From NCBI RefSeq assembly GCF_009914755.1, contig NC_060934.1: 64,000 nt of DNA. One strand, given 5' to 3'. Below the pieces are notes generated by a model that ran no database searches, was not told the DNA's origin, and saw only the letters and a list, made by a program, of their open reading frames with translations. Within the stretch, counting starts at the first letter, position 1. Every line of letters starts with the position of its first letter. The position numbers and the translations under genes were made by a program. This document shows positions 47,349-62,354 of the stretch, piece after piece. The stretch is from the human T2T-CHM13v2.0 reference genome, Homo sapiens.

Positions 47349-49622
47349 TATCCTTGAAATTCATTTTCGGAGGTTTTCCAAAGACCCCCGAGTGGGAAAG
47401 ATATTAACACCTGCTTACCTAATGATAACAAAAATAACTTTCCAGGAAAACTACTAATTAGTCTTATATTTTATGCCTGTATATTGTATCTAATCAAAAC
47501 AAGCTAAACATGCAACTTTAAAACATTTATGACACTGCAATCTTATCTTGATATATGCGTACCAGAAATTATGGCCCCATTCTCACCAAAAGATGTGTTC
47601 AAAAATGTTATAGTGGCTTTATTTTAATAGCCCAAAGTCAGAAACAACCCATACCTATTAGTAATAGGTGGCTAAATAAATTGCGGTATATTCATGCAAT
47701 GAAATACTACATAGCATTGAAAAGAAGCATCTAATTAATATGCACAACAGCAGGAATGATTTTCATAGACATGATATCGAGTGAAAACTGTCAGACCCAA
47801 GAGTACAAATCATATGATCTTTAGAATCAGTAAACTCAAGTATTGTGTTCTATAATTTAATTTTAATTGATTTATTGTGTTGATATTATTCTTTTTTAGT
47901 TGATATTATTCTTGTTCTCCCATTTAACAAATATATTCCATTATTAGTTGCTTTTTTTCCTATGAAATAGGGATTTTAATAGCACCTGCCTCATTGGGTT
48001 GTTTTTTAAAATCAACTTTGTTATAAACTTTATTATTTAAAATAAATGGCACCTATTCAAAGTGTCCAATCTGAAGAAGTTCAAAAACGATAAAAGTAAT
48101 AGTCAAAGGTGATGTAGGTCAGAATAGTGACTCCTGGGAGTGGTTACTGAATGGGAGGGGTCCTAAGGAAGTCTTCTCATTGTTAGAATCTTCTATATCT
48201 TTATCTGAGTGATAGTTACATGGGTGTTTACATGTATAGAAATTAATCAAAGGATGCATTTAATATTTGGGTACTTTACTGTACTTAGCCCTTAATTTTA
48301 AAATATGTTAATTTTTTAAAAATCTAGATGGCTTTAGATAATGAGATTTTATATTTAGAAATCTTTAGAATCAGTAAACTTGAGTGTTATGTTATATAAT
48401 TTAATTGTAATTGATTTATTATGTTGATATTATTTTTAAGTTGATATCATTCTTGTTCTCCCATTTAATAAATATATTCCATTATTATTTGCTTTTTTTC
48501 TATCAAATAGGGATTTAAATAGCACCTGCCTCATGGGGTTATTTTTAAAAACCAACTTTGCTATAAACTTTATTTAAAATAAATGGCACCCATTTAAAAT
48601 GGCCAATCTGATGAGTTCGCACAGTGTGTTAGCCCGTGAAACCATTACCATGATCAAGGTAGACTCCCGGGAGTCTCCTCTTGCCCCTTTGCAGTCCATT
48701 TTTCCCTCCACCTGGTTCCAGGCAACCACAAATTTTCTTTTTGTGCAAAAAGATTCGTTTCCATTGTCTAGGATTGTAGATAAATCGAATTGCGGTGTGT
48801 ATTCTTATGTGTCTGGCTCCTTTCACCCAGCATCATGCTTTCAAGATTTGTCCATGTTGTTGCATTTCACAATAGGCCACGCCTTTATATTGTGGAGTGT
48901 TATTCCATTGTATGGATATGCCACATTTGTTCTTCTGCTAACCTGTTGATGGACATTTGGAGAAGCCAGGGACATCATGGGAGAACAGAAGTGTGTGGCT
49001 GTAGGAACACAGTTCCACATAACAGTGAAGAAAATGGCCATCCTACCTGCAGTATTACCCAAAAGTCAGGTGGTATGGGACTTTTCCTAGGACTTGAGAA
49101 TCAGAGGTAAAATTATTTATTGTAGATGGTAGATAGGTGGATAGGTAGAGATAGAGGATGCTATTACATTAGAGAATAGTGGATGCTTAGGGCACCTGGC
49201 TCTGCCCCCACAGAGTAACTGGTGATCTTGTCCCGGGCAAATTATTTCCCTTCCTTGAGCCTCAGTTTCTCCATCTATAAAACTGAGAATGTTTAGGATT
49301 ATTTCCAAGACTCTTTCCCTTAAAAATATAATAATATTTAAACAGGTAAGAGTGTTTGTAAGTTATGTTATTATTCTTTTAAAAGTTTCCATTCATCATT
49401 AACACTGTACATTTCTATTTTTTATTTTGTTGACATTGTCTTCTAGTCATAGTTCTCTGCCTTATAAAGCTCTAATCGAATATCTGCATGCTTTTCTGTG
49501 AAATAACTTTCCGCCAATGTACCATAATGGTATAGATTCAAAAGCCTTTTTGATTAAAGAGAATATTGATCTTTTCATCTTAAAAAAAAATTTCACATCC
49601 CTTCAATGTATTTAGTTGAGGG

Positions 49623-49639
49623 GCCCTCTAGTGGAAGAA
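49623..49639 (-). promoter_or_regulatory. CTCF-like motif in relic B intron 4
   Basis: gccctctagtggaagaa, identical to 18533-18549. Confidence 0.6.
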
Positions 49640-49983
49640 GGTGGACATAGCATGACAACAGTGGCTGCTTACACATTTAATAGCCAGTGATACGTTTTAT
49701 TCATTTAAAAAAATCCCGTGCCTATATTACAGTAAAATTCTCAATACTCAAGTTTTCACTCAGGTTGAACTTCTAGTTTGGATTCCGTATTAAAATGTAT
49801 CAGAGACTACATATATAGGAATATGACATTTAATTTTTTATCCCGACTATTGGTTGTTACTGTTAGATTAGCTTTGTGGGCAAGAATGTAAAAAATCGAT
49901 GAAATTTTATCTTATCCTCAAAAATGTATTAAAGGAGAAAACACCTGGGTCCTGAATGATTTTCCAGTTTTGTAGATGGTTCC

Positions 49984-50075
49984 TGCGTTTTTCAGGTGAA
50001 AAAGATGAACACGTGTGTGGGCTGGAGCAAAGAGTGGTGGGAGGCAATGAGGCATTTCTTGTGAGTGTTTGCCAG
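49984..50075 (+). pseudogene. Relic B, PNLIP exon-5 equivalent (internally deleted)
   Basis: FQVKKMN..CVGWSK..VVGGNEAFLVSVCQ|GTAAC vs FKVESVNCICVDWK..IVGAEVAYFVEFLQ|gt. Confidence 0.8.
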
Positions 50076-50838
50076 GTAACTATATCGCAGTCACATGGGA
50101 ACCCACAGGCTCTGCTCTCTGGGGTGTTTCCTAAAGCAATGCTCTAGGTGTGATCAATGACACAGTCACTCCCCCAGGAGCACTGGCTTTACCCATTATT
50201 CAACAGGAAAATACTGTGAATGACAACTATTTTTAGCTTCAGTCAGAAGCCAATTTGACCTCATTTACTAGTCTTTTCTGTTTTTAGAATTGTAAATATA
50301 GCTAAGGCAATTTAATTAAGGAATTAATCTCATCTTTAAACTGAATTTCATGTGTTATCAGTGTCAATTCTAATAAATTGGTATAATTCATCCAAAATAT
50401 TAAATAGGTTGTGTTATAGGAAACTCATGGAGTAAATGAAAAGCTAAACTTCCTATAAGAAACAGATATGCTTGAATTTCATGGGGTTAAGTCATTATTC
50501 TCATTATTGTTTTCTTGAAGAAATTCTTTCTAATAACAATTTCCTGCAATGATTCTTATTAAATTAACTCCTTCTTCATAGCAGAGGGACAAGATAATGA
50601 CCCATGACAACTACCTTAAGAGTTAGATGTACTGTTATTTTCTCATATGACTATGAAGAAAAATAGCTAATGAATATTTGGAGTGCTTTTATATCTTCCC
50701 TTAATTGGACCCAAATCCCATTATTTCTCTGTAGATGTTATTGTCAGGTTATCTTGGCAAATCAAGGAGCCAGAGGCTCCCATTACATACACTATTTTAT
50801 TACTGGCTCATTCTGGCACATTCTGAAACCGTTTACTC

Positions 50839-50949
50839 TCCAAAAGTGGACACTGGTCTTCTGAGATTCACATCGTTGGAGACCACTGGGCTCCCACTCT
50901 CCTGGGGAGGCTGGAAGGAGAGCAGATGAGGCCATCGGGCGACTCACAG
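50839..50949 (+). pseudogene. Relic B, PNLIP exon-6 equivalent
   Basis: SEIHIVGD-(1-nt frameshift)-LGSHSPGEAGRRADEAIGRLT vs [30 protein letters not shown]. Confidence 0.93.
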
Positions 50950-51966
50950 CCTGTTCATCTGGCAGCCCAGGGCAGAACAGGCAGCACATTTAACTTCAAA
51001 TAGTTACATATTCGCCTGGGAGAGTGGTTCCCAAGTGTTTTCAGTACAGGAACACAGGATCCAGTTTTGAAGGGTTGAGAGTGAGCATGATTGTGTTTTA
51101 TTGATACCGATAGCGGGGTTGGCAGAACATGTTTCACACATAAATACTATCTGAGACTCAAAAGTGATTTGGGGACCTCATCTGCATCCACGCCCACTCA
51201 GCTGGCCATTCCCAGTGTCCCAGTTCCATGATGTAATTTAAGTGGAATTAAACTTGTAGAGCTAGAAATTGTATAGTTCTTCACAGCCAGCTTCCACTGC
51301 AATCACTCATAGATGCAGAGCTACCAGCTGAACTCCAGGTAGTGTCAATTACTCAAGAAGGAAGGAAAGGAGGTCAGACCCTTCTGGTTCTTATTCCCTG
51401 AATAATGACATTAAAATGGTGTGGGCTGCAGAATCCCTGGGCCATCTGTAGGCAACCGAGGGCTACCTGTTATCTGCTACTCTGGCTAACAATGTCAACT
51501 TCGTAGATACAAATCACATGGATGCAACTCCCATAATCCCCCAGTGGATGAGGGGCACTTCGGGAACCAGTAACCCTCTTCCTGTTACTTCCTCTCTGTG
51601 CTTATGTGAGTCTCTTATCTCTCTGTGGCTTTCCTAAAACTCATCAGTTCTTCAGGAAATTTGGTTGTCTTCACATATCCTAGAAGAGATATTTGATATT
51701 TAGAATTTCTAGCAGGTTATTAGCTGAAGAGGCGTTCTCCATCACAGCTGAGCTGCTTTTATGGAACCAGCATCTCCCACCTTTGGCAGAATCTTAGTAA
51801 TTGCCCAAGGAGGAGATAATCCTCAGAGTTAAGCAGCCTTAGATATTTGCAGCAGCTGCCCCTTCTTGGCCACTTAGCAGGGGCTGTGCTAAGCCCTTAC
51901 ATGCATTATTTTATATATTCCCCACAATAACTCCGTGATGAAGTTACCATTATTGTTCTTACTCTA

Positions 51967-52488
<522 letters not shown>

Positions 52489-53069
52489 CTATTAACATGA
52501 CGAGTGTGTCTGGCTCGAAGACCCAGCTACCCAATCCAAGTAAGGACACCAAAGACCATAGCAATGCCAACCACCAGAAATCAGAGCCTACTGCATCTTC
52601 TATAGGTTTGGAGAGGCCAAGGAGGACTCAACACACAAGGCACTGGTTGGATCAATGCTTTACTCACAGGAAGAAGAGACCAGCATCAAGGGTACCCTGT
52701 GGTGTGCACCCACCTCCCATGGCCAGAAGTCCTTCCCAATAGCCAACGCAGGGTGAAGGGCTGAACACAGATCTCTTGGGCTGCTGGAGAACACCCACAT
52801 TCCCTTGGGTGGTGTGGTGGTAGAAGATATACTGGTGAGGCTGGCCATGTAGCACACACTTGAGCAATACAAGGAAGCTCACTCTGTACCCAGAACAGGG
52901 GCGAGTTTTCTCCTAATTAGGAAAAAGCATCAGAGAACAAGCAACAGCTCAGCACTTAGCTTCCATATAGAGGAATGTTCCACGCCCAGGGCTCTGATGG
53001 AGCAATCCCAGAGAGGGGCAGGCAGTTCTCATGATGGTTGCTTTCCCAGCAGTGTAAATATTTCTTTAG

Positions 53070-53168
53070 AATTGGATCTTCCCAGCTTGAAGAAGCCTGA
53101 AGATGCCGCTGATGCTCTATCTGTAGATGCAAACTATGTAGAGGGTGGTACCATAACCCCCAAATAGA
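53070..53168 (+). pseudogene. Relic B, PNLIP exon-7 equivalent
   Basis: tttctttag acceptor; LD...ADALSVDANYVEGGTITPK* vs LDP...SDAKFVDVIHTDGAPIVPNL. Confidence 0.82.
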
Positions 53169-53249
53169 GGAGCTCCTGGACCCCAGTTTCCAAGGATGAT
53201 CAGCTATTATTGCTCAGATGGCAATTTTATTAACTTCCCCTTCTCCTTC

Positions 53250-53550
53250 TTTTTTTTTTTTTGAGATGGAGTCTTGCTCTGTCGCCCAGGCTGGCTGGAT
53301 CGCAGTGGCACTGCGTTGGTTCACTGCAACCTCTACCTCCGAGGTCCAAGCAATTCTCCCTTCCTCAGCTTCCTCAGTAGCTGGGATTACAGAAGCCTGC
53401 CACCACGCCCAGCTAATTTTTGTATTTTTCAGTAGAGACGAGGTTTCGCCATGTTGGCTACGCTGGTGTTGAACTCCTGACCTCAGGTGATCTGCCTGCC
53501 TCAGCCTCCCAAAGTGCTGGGATTACAGGCGTGAGCCACTGCGCCCGGCC
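53250..53550 (-). mobile_element. AluS in relic B intron 7
   Basis: Full reverse-strand Alu. Confidence 0.9.
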
Positions 53551-53568
53551 CCTTTTCAAGTATATTAG

Positions 53569-53855
53569 GTTTGGGGATAAGTCAAATTGGGGCCATCCAG
53601 ATCAGCATCTCTCAAACTTCAATGTGCTCACAAAGTCCTATGGAGATCCTGTTAAAATACAGATTCCCATTCAGCAGGAACAAGTAGCTTTTGCATTTGT
53701 AACTAGCTAGCTCTCAGGTTCTGCCAAGGTTGCTGGTCTGCAGACCTCACTTTGAATAGCAAGAATCTATATTTCTTCCAAGTAAAGGAAAAGAAATATC
53801 ATATGCAAAAAGAATTCTCTCTTCTATTCTGTAAATAGAGAATGAGTCTGGGACC
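53569..53855 (+). pseudogene. Relic B, PNLIP exon-8 equivalent, interrupted by MER5A1
   Basis: [11 protein letters not shown] [MER5A1] FFPSKGKEIS-CKKNSLFYSVNRE*VWD vs [40 protein letters not shown], allowing frameshifts. Confidence 0.9.
53603..53764. mobile_element. MER5A1 (hAT-Charlie MITE)
   Basis: ~160 bp, cagcatctctcaaactt...cactttgaatagcaag; decayed 8-bp TSD atccagat / atctatat. Confidence 0.82.
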
Positions 53856-54305
53856 ATAAAACCATTTTGTGTGTAGAAAGATTTTTTCCAGGAAAATATT
53901 GTTTTGCCAAACTTGCTAAATATTATCTAGTTCTTATTTTATTTAATGTATAAGGACTTCAAACATTGTTCCAAAGACTGCCAGTGTTCTGTGAGTATTC
54001 TGCCAGGGTGAATGAAGAAAACTGTTGGAGAAAGAATGTTTATTATAAACATTTCATTGAGCTAATCTAGACTATCCATTAATGAGTAAGACTCATCTAA
54101 ATGAATCAATCTTTTTCTCTAAGTTTGTTTCACACTTTTATCTATGACCTATTTGAAACAGCTCTTGGGAACTACAAAATGAGTCCTAAGGCTGTAATGT
54201 CACAGTGTGATTCTGATCCAGTTGCAATAATGCCTATCTCGTTATATCCTGAACAGGATACTAACTAGAAAAAAAATGGTCATTAATGTGTAATCAAGTC
54301 CGATT

Positions 54306-54414
54306 TTATAAGAGAATTTATAGTGTGTCAACAGCTAAATGATTTTTCCAGTAATATTCTCAACACAGATATCTTTGCAGGATATCCTTGCCCTTCCTGT
54401 AAAGTTTCATAAGG
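54306..54414 (+). pseudogene. Relic B, PNLIP exon-9 equivalent
   Basis: REFIVCQQLNDFSSNILNTDIFAGYPCPSCKV vs [35 protein letters not shown]. Confidence 0.87.
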
Positions 54415-56292
54415 GAAAGTGTCTTGACATGGCAGTGACTAGGGAATAGTATCACCCATAAAGAAACAGGATATTATTTTCAGTAATTTTTATGACTCAT
54501 ACAATTTTCTGCACGTTATGCATGTAAGAACTATTTTACATACTGCTTATCCAGGAAAGGATATTTTAGAGAAAATTTAATTTAACTTTAAATTTAATTT
54601 AACCTCAGTTATTCAAGTTACTGACTCATCTGAAATATTTACTTTTCATCTACATGTTTGATACTCTAGACAAAGTTATAGTCACCAAATGAACAAAAAA
54701 ATGTAACTGGTTTCATTTTCACGTGTTGTAATTTTCATTATGCAATGTTAATTATCAGTTATTTCTTATAATCATATTTTTAAAATATATATTTATTAAA
54801 CTCAGACTTGGTGATATACATCATTTCACAATGAAAATATCAAGTTATACGTTAAGTGTGTGGTATTAATCAGAGGTGAGCTCTATTCACTTAGAAGAGG
54901 GGAGTATTGAGATTGACTCAAAGAAATAAAATAGATTAAGTTAGTAAATTCTGCAAGACCTTATAGGAATACAAAACAGGAAAAATTAATCATGATAACA
55001 ATAATGATAATATTTATTATTTACCTGCAATGTGCCATGCCTTATTCTGTATGCTTTTCCTGTCTCATTTATTCTTTACGGGAACCCAGTGAGGTAGCTT
55101 CTATAACATTCGTCTTTTATAGATGGAGAAACTAAGATACAAGGAGCTTAAGCAACAAGTTTAAGAACACATTAGCATGTAGTGGAGCTGGGATTCACAC
55201 CAAGGAAATCTGATTTCTAATCCCACATACATCACCACAAAACTGTAGAAGGTTTTGCATTCCTTAGGCCAGGGGTCTGCACCTTAAGCCTGCCACCTTA
55301 AGCCTGCAAGCTAAGAATGGTTTTTACATTTTTCAAACATTGAAAAAATATCTTTGTGAAATATGAAAATTATCTGAAATTAGAACTCCAGTGCCCATAA
55401 ATAAGTTTTATTGAAACACAGTACATTTTTTTGTTTATATATTGTCCATGGCTATTTTCATGTCACAGCAGCCAGGGAGGGTAGTAGCTACAGAGACTCT
55501 CTGGCCCATTAGAGAAAAAAATTTACCAATCTCTGCCATAGACCACAGGGGTGAAGGGAACTAAGAACATAGTTGGAATTTGAGCAAATGCAACAGAGGG
55601 TCCATCCAAAATGGCCTCTGTGTCGTGCAAGGTTACCTGGCCATGGGACCTCATGTTATGAAAATGATAGTGTAATGAGAAAAACTACATACAATCGAGT
55701 AAGTAGCAATTAGAGGCAGAAAAAGTGGCTGTCTAGCCTGCTTTTTACTGGGGCATAGGTGTAGGAAGGAATTTGGGAGGCGTCTGGGCAAAATGATAAG
55801 ATCAAGAGGGGCAGAATTATGTCCCAAGCTTTTGGATACAGAACACACCTGCCATTTCCTATATTGACTTGGTAAAAATCAGAGACAGTAAATCAAGGAA
55901 AGACAAAGTCTAATTTTTTCTACCTGTTGTCATCACTGCCCGAAGGGATTTTGGACTGGAGACCTGCAGAGTATTTCCAGGTTAGGGCTGGGTTAGGGGT
56001 GGGATGGGGTGTACATGGGCTTGGGTGCAGACTACCTGGTCATGGGGGAAGGAAGGCAGGGAACATTCCTGTGTCTCTAATTAGGCACTAAACTCATGTG
56101 CCCCTGTTATAAAGGGCAATATTTGCTGGAAAGCTATTCATTCTATATGTGTTTTGCCAAGAAAATGGTCTTTCAGGAGATGATGTTTTTAAAACGTTAT
56201 TAAGATCACTTTTTACCTCCCAAATAGTGATGACTTGAGACCATTCCAATTCCTGAAAAGGTAAGACCCCAAGATTTATTTATTTTCATTAG

Positions 56293-56401
56293 AACAAGAA
56301 CTTCCCACACCAGGCATGGTTGCCCAGATGGGCCTGTGGCTGAGGCCTGTGAAGTGAGTCAGGTCAGCTATCAAACGCTGGAGATACCTGTCATTTTCTT
56401 C
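56293..56401 (+). pseudogene. Relic B, PNLIP exon-10 equivalent
   Basis: cattag acceptor; NKNFP..GC.QMG..NAGDTCHF vs NKCFPCPSGGCPQMG..DTGDASNF; donor decayed to ctaaat. Confidence 0.87.
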
Positions 56402-56517
56402 CTAAATTCCTGTATACTTTCTCAAATGATTAAGTTCTGTGCTATGATGAAAGATGTCCTCTGTAGTATCATGTTTATGGATAAAAATACATCTGTTGGT
56501 ATCATTGGCTTGGATAG

Positions 56518-56848
<331 letters not shown>

Positions 56849-56873
56849 GGGATTTGGGTTCTTAAACTACTAG

Positions 56874-57395
56874 TGAGAATGGCAGGAGGCAGCCAAATGC
56901 CTAGGCAGATAGGGGCGGGTCCCCGGTGAAATCCCACCTCCAAGCTGAACACAGTTTAAAGCCTGAAAGCCAAGATACAAACTAAATCCTCGGACTGGAT
57001 TGAGAACTTGTCTTCCTGTTTGGTGCGTTCTCCTCTGATTGGTCCCCACCCTTCATCTATTTTACATATACCTACCTTTTCCTAATTGGTTTTCTACACT
57101 GTCATGCCAACCTTTGAGGGTGTCTTCACCTTAACCTTTTTTGCATACTCACAAACCTACCAGCATTCACTCCCAATTCTGAGTCCATAAAAGGCCCCAG
57201 ACCCAGTCACACCGGGGACTTTCCTGCCGTTGGGTAGGGCAACCCCTCAACCTGCGTCCCTTCTTGGCTAGGAGCTTTCCTTTTGCTTAATAAATTCTAT
57301 TCCACTCACTCTCTGGTGTCTGCATGCCTAATTCCTCCTGGCTGCAAGACAAAAACTTGGACCTAGCTGAGCTAAGAAGCAGAAAGACCACAACA
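56874..57395 (+). mobile_element. ERV1-class solo LTR (MER61-like; family uncertain)
   Basis: TG...CA termini, 4-bp TSD ctag, internal CATAAAA and AATAAA. Confidence 0.8.
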
Positions 57396-58794
57396 CTAGA
57401 TGATACAAAAATGAACGTCTTTATATTCAAGTTTGGTTTGGTGAGGTTCTAGGCTTTTCTTTTTGGAACAGATTTTGAAATACACAGCAGTTTCACTGAA
57501 CACATTGAGATGTCTGTGTGGGCAAGGTGAAGTGTCCGCTGGAGAAAATGCAGTGCAGCATTGCTCTGTGGAATCCCTGGGCAGCAACTCTGCAGCTCCA
57601 TGGGCAGCCTGCCCCGGGGAAATAACATTTCAGTCAACACCCCAAACCCAATACGTTGTATCAGTGTTCCCCCCAAGCGTGTGTGCCGTGAGTCACCAGG
57701 GGAGGTTCTGAAAAATACAATTCCTCAGTACCACCCCCGAAGAGTCTGATTTAGTAGATAAGAGTGCATCCCAGGAATCCAAACTTTACAGAAGTTCCCC
57801 GGATTTGGAGCTATTGATTGATGTGCCTCTTGTTTTTGCAAATGCCTTATTGGATACTCTATGTAAAGCTATGTGTGAGCAAGACAAACCCTACCTTTTC
57901 AGAGAAATCAGTCATAATGGACTCAAAAAGTCATCATAGCTAATAAAATCCTAATAGTCTCAAAAAGAAACTTCCCAACACCTACTCAGAGAGGCCTGAT
58001 TCCCCCTTCAGTACTTAAAGGCTGTGATCAGCAGAATAACAGTCCCCTCTGCCCAGATGTCTGCATCCTAATCTGAAGAATCTGTGAATATGTCATGCTA
58101 CATGGAAAAAGGGAATCAAGATTGCAGGTGGCTTTTTTTTAAAGCACTGCATTTCTCTGCAGAGAATAGCACAATACCACATGTGAATGCTTAGTAAATG
58201 TTTACAATTATAATTACTATGAGGACTTCATGAAATTTTCTAAACATTCATGATAATGATGAAAAATGAATAATAAAAAACAATGAAGAAATAGGGTTAT
58301 GTGCAAATTTTCTCATTTAATAAGAAGACAAAGGAGTGTAAATTTTTTTATATATCAGTTAAAAATCCTTTTGTTAAGAAAGATATCCACTTTTATCATA
58401 ATGAAGTCATTTACAAATTGGTTTAATTGTTTCAAATGAATGGTTTACTCAAATAATTTAAGTATTTCTGAACTTGGTACTTTTTTTGAAAATACTGCTT
58501 TTAGAGTCCTAACTCAAATTTTTTTCCTCCCTTAAGAGATGAGCTTTATGTCAGTTTGAAAGGATGCTGATAATGTTAGAATACATGATGTAAAATGGTG
58601 GTAGAGATGATGGTAAGGAGTTGATAGATTCATTAATTCAGTAAGTGCTTAGAGAGTGTTGACAATGTGCCAAACCCTAATTTAGATATTGGAGAGCTAG
58701 AAGTTGAAAATACAGACATGATCCCTACACTCATGAAGTTTTCTGATTCTTTGATGTTTCTTAAAGTGTGGTCAATCAAACAGAAGACAGATGA

Positions 58795-59280
58795 TGAATC
58801 AGTTGGCTAGCACTGCATAACAAGCCACCCCAAAAACTCAGTGACTTGAAAAATAATCATTTATTATTGTTCTATGAGTCAACTAGACTGTTTGGCTGAT
58901 CTGGGCCAGGGTTGGCTGATCTTGCTCGGTCTCACTCGTATGTTTGTGGCTGGTTGGCAGAGGCCTGAATGGTTTAGGGCAGCCTTGTGTGCATCAGCTT
59001 TCCTCCACATGATCTCTCATGCTTCAGCATGCTAGCCTGTGCTTTTGAACTTGGACTCCCAGGGGTCCAAGAAAATGAATATAAGTAAGAATGACCTCTT
59101 GAGGCCCAGGCTCAGAAGCAAAGTGTCATTTTCACGACATTCTACTGGAGAAGGAGGTCACCTGGCAAATTCAAATTCAAGGATAAATTCTACTTATTGA
59201 TGAAGGTAGCTAAAAAGCCATATTGCAAAAGACATGGATACAGAGAGAGGTAGGCAGTTAGAGCATTTTTGGAATCAATC
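58795..59280. mobile_element. Old MLT1 LTR
   Basis: tcagttggctagcactgcataacaagccacccc...; recognised by eye. Confidence 0.65.
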
Positions 59281-59595
59281 TAGGTGGCTTGTTAGTTTTA
59301 GTAGAGAATGTGATGAAACCATTTTGTTGACCTACGTTTGACAGATCTGAGTTGTGAAAATTCTTATGCTTTTCACAGAAATCCTTTTCACTTCTTAATA
59401 ATTGTGGCCATCCATGGTGCAGAGGCCTTTGACAGTTTGCCTCAGCACCATTTCCTCACCTGAGAAGAGTTCTCATGGGCCAATGTATTTTCACAACCCT
59501 TGTGTACTGGCTCATTATCATTTGTCAAATTTCTATTTTATATTATACCTATTCTGAGTTAGATTCTCATTTTGGGGTATTTAAAAAAAGGATAG

Positions 59596-59964
<369 letters not shown>

Positions 59965-60526
59965 CTAGCTCAGAAACCTAAATAGTGAACAATAAGTTCA
60001 TAACCTAAATAGTGGACAAGACTCAAAGGAGAATCCCCCATATGAATCTCTGTCTTGAAACAAGCGGAAAATGGGATGGTGCTAACAGGGTACACAGCAA
60101 TGATGAGCTAAACTTGGCTGACAGTAGATCCATATTCATTTGTCCTGTAGTGTCCTGCCCACTACTCCCAGTCTGCCTTGCTTTTGTCATGAATATTTAT
60201 CCTAAGTGGAGTTGATGATGTTGCTGTTTTCATAATATTTTGAATAATACTAGAGACTGTTCAGATAAATAAATTTAGTCACTTTTTTTTCCAGAACAAA
60301 CAACAAATAATGCTTTGCAAGAAGAAATGAATTAATTTTTTTTCTAGTTTAGCCACTGATTACAAGGAATAATTTAAAGGATACAAATGAAACAGTTAAA
60401 TGAAGAGACACACAGGGCAAGGTTTGGAAGGGTCCCAAGCTCAGTAAAATTGATTAATTTTGTGGCTAACAGTGAAAATCAACCCAAGAGTACACAGACA
60501 TTATTCAAACTTAACATTTCTTGTAG

Positions 60527-60811
60527 TGGAAACTTGCAAATCATGCTGTCACACGGAAGCTATAAAACCAGCCAAAATGATAATGATACGATATTGCGAG
60601 AGAAAAGGAAGAATGAGTTATCAGCCAAATTCCCTTATCAGATGACCACCTTAAACGTTACATGGTATCATTGGCATATTGTTTAAAATTACTCCCCAGA
60701 GTGTGCTGGAGAGATGTCTCACATTGCAATCGGATGGCCCCATTCGTGCAGATTTGGAATTGGTTCCTGGCACACAAGGCACAAGGAAGAGTGCTTTACA
60801 CTCTTTTTTGT
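60527..60811 (+). pseudogene. Relic B, candidate exon-12 and exon-13 equivalents
   Basis: ttgtag|T GGA AAC TTG has the same phase and start as the PNLIPRP3 exon at 4924; TWY..LPRV vs IWY..LPRV; VLYTLFC vs VLLTLTPC. Confidence 0.55.
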
Positions 60812-61531
60812 CTACTTGATTTTGTCTACTTGATCATTGAATTTTCACAATTAAACATTGTTTTGTGAGCCATAACACAGACTGAAAACAAGGCCCTGGG
60901 ATCTGCAGGTTTAGAACCCCAACTGTGTTTGCATCAGGGAAGAATGTGGCTGTTAAGATATAAAAGGTGGCAAAGAATTCTAAATCTCAGAGACCAACTG
61001 ATGATCAAGTAAATGCTTCATGTTCCTGATTGAATGTTGAAAGACATAGTGAAAATGGTAAATTCAATAGAAATCTCTCTTAACCTCTGCCTACCCAAAT
61101 CACTGTTTTCACTCATGTTCCCCATTCTTACGGTCAACTCCTTTCTTACCTCTGAGTCTTTTGATTGTCTCACCTCCTTGAAACATTTTCTTCTCTCTGT
61201 CTCCAGGACACCACTTTCTCTTGGTTCTCCTCTGTCCTCACTGGATGCTGTTTTTCAAATCCTTAATTTCCCTGTGCTTGTAACATTGCAGAGCCTCAGT
61301 ATTTAGTACTTAGAAACATCTTTCTAAGAGATCTCATCTACACTAATGGCTTTATGTAAAACCCAAGTTGGTATTTCTTACATGGACCTCTCTTCTGAGC
61401 TACAGATAACTGCCACCTCTCCATCTCCACTTAGACTCTAAGAAGACATTTAATTTTAACCATGCCCAAAACTGAACTTCGGATCTCCACCCCAAGCCTA
61501 CTCCACTGACGTGCAGCCTTCCCCATCTTAG

Positions 61532-62115
<584 letters not shown>

Positions 62116-62354
62116 TAAATAATCCCCTAATTCACCCTCAACCCTAGACAGACACTGATCTGTTCTTTGTAGTTAACATTAGTTTTGCCTGTTTTAGAAC
62201 TTCATGGAAGCCTAATAATATAGTTATATGCTCTTTTTGTTGGGTTTCTTTCATTTAGTTTAATATCTCTGAGATTTGTCTATGATGCTACATGTACTCA
62301 TAGTTCATTTCTTTATATAACTGAGTAGTATTCCACTGTATGAATATTGCATAA

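Noticed and set aside
55950-55985. FWTGDLQSIS as the end of lipase exon 10
   Set aside because: A much better full exon-10 match exists at 56293-56401.
58537-58600. YVSLKG...DNVRIHDV as exon 11 of relic B (60040-60140 also considered)
   Set aside because: Position is right but similarity is too weak to call by eye; needs a profile search.
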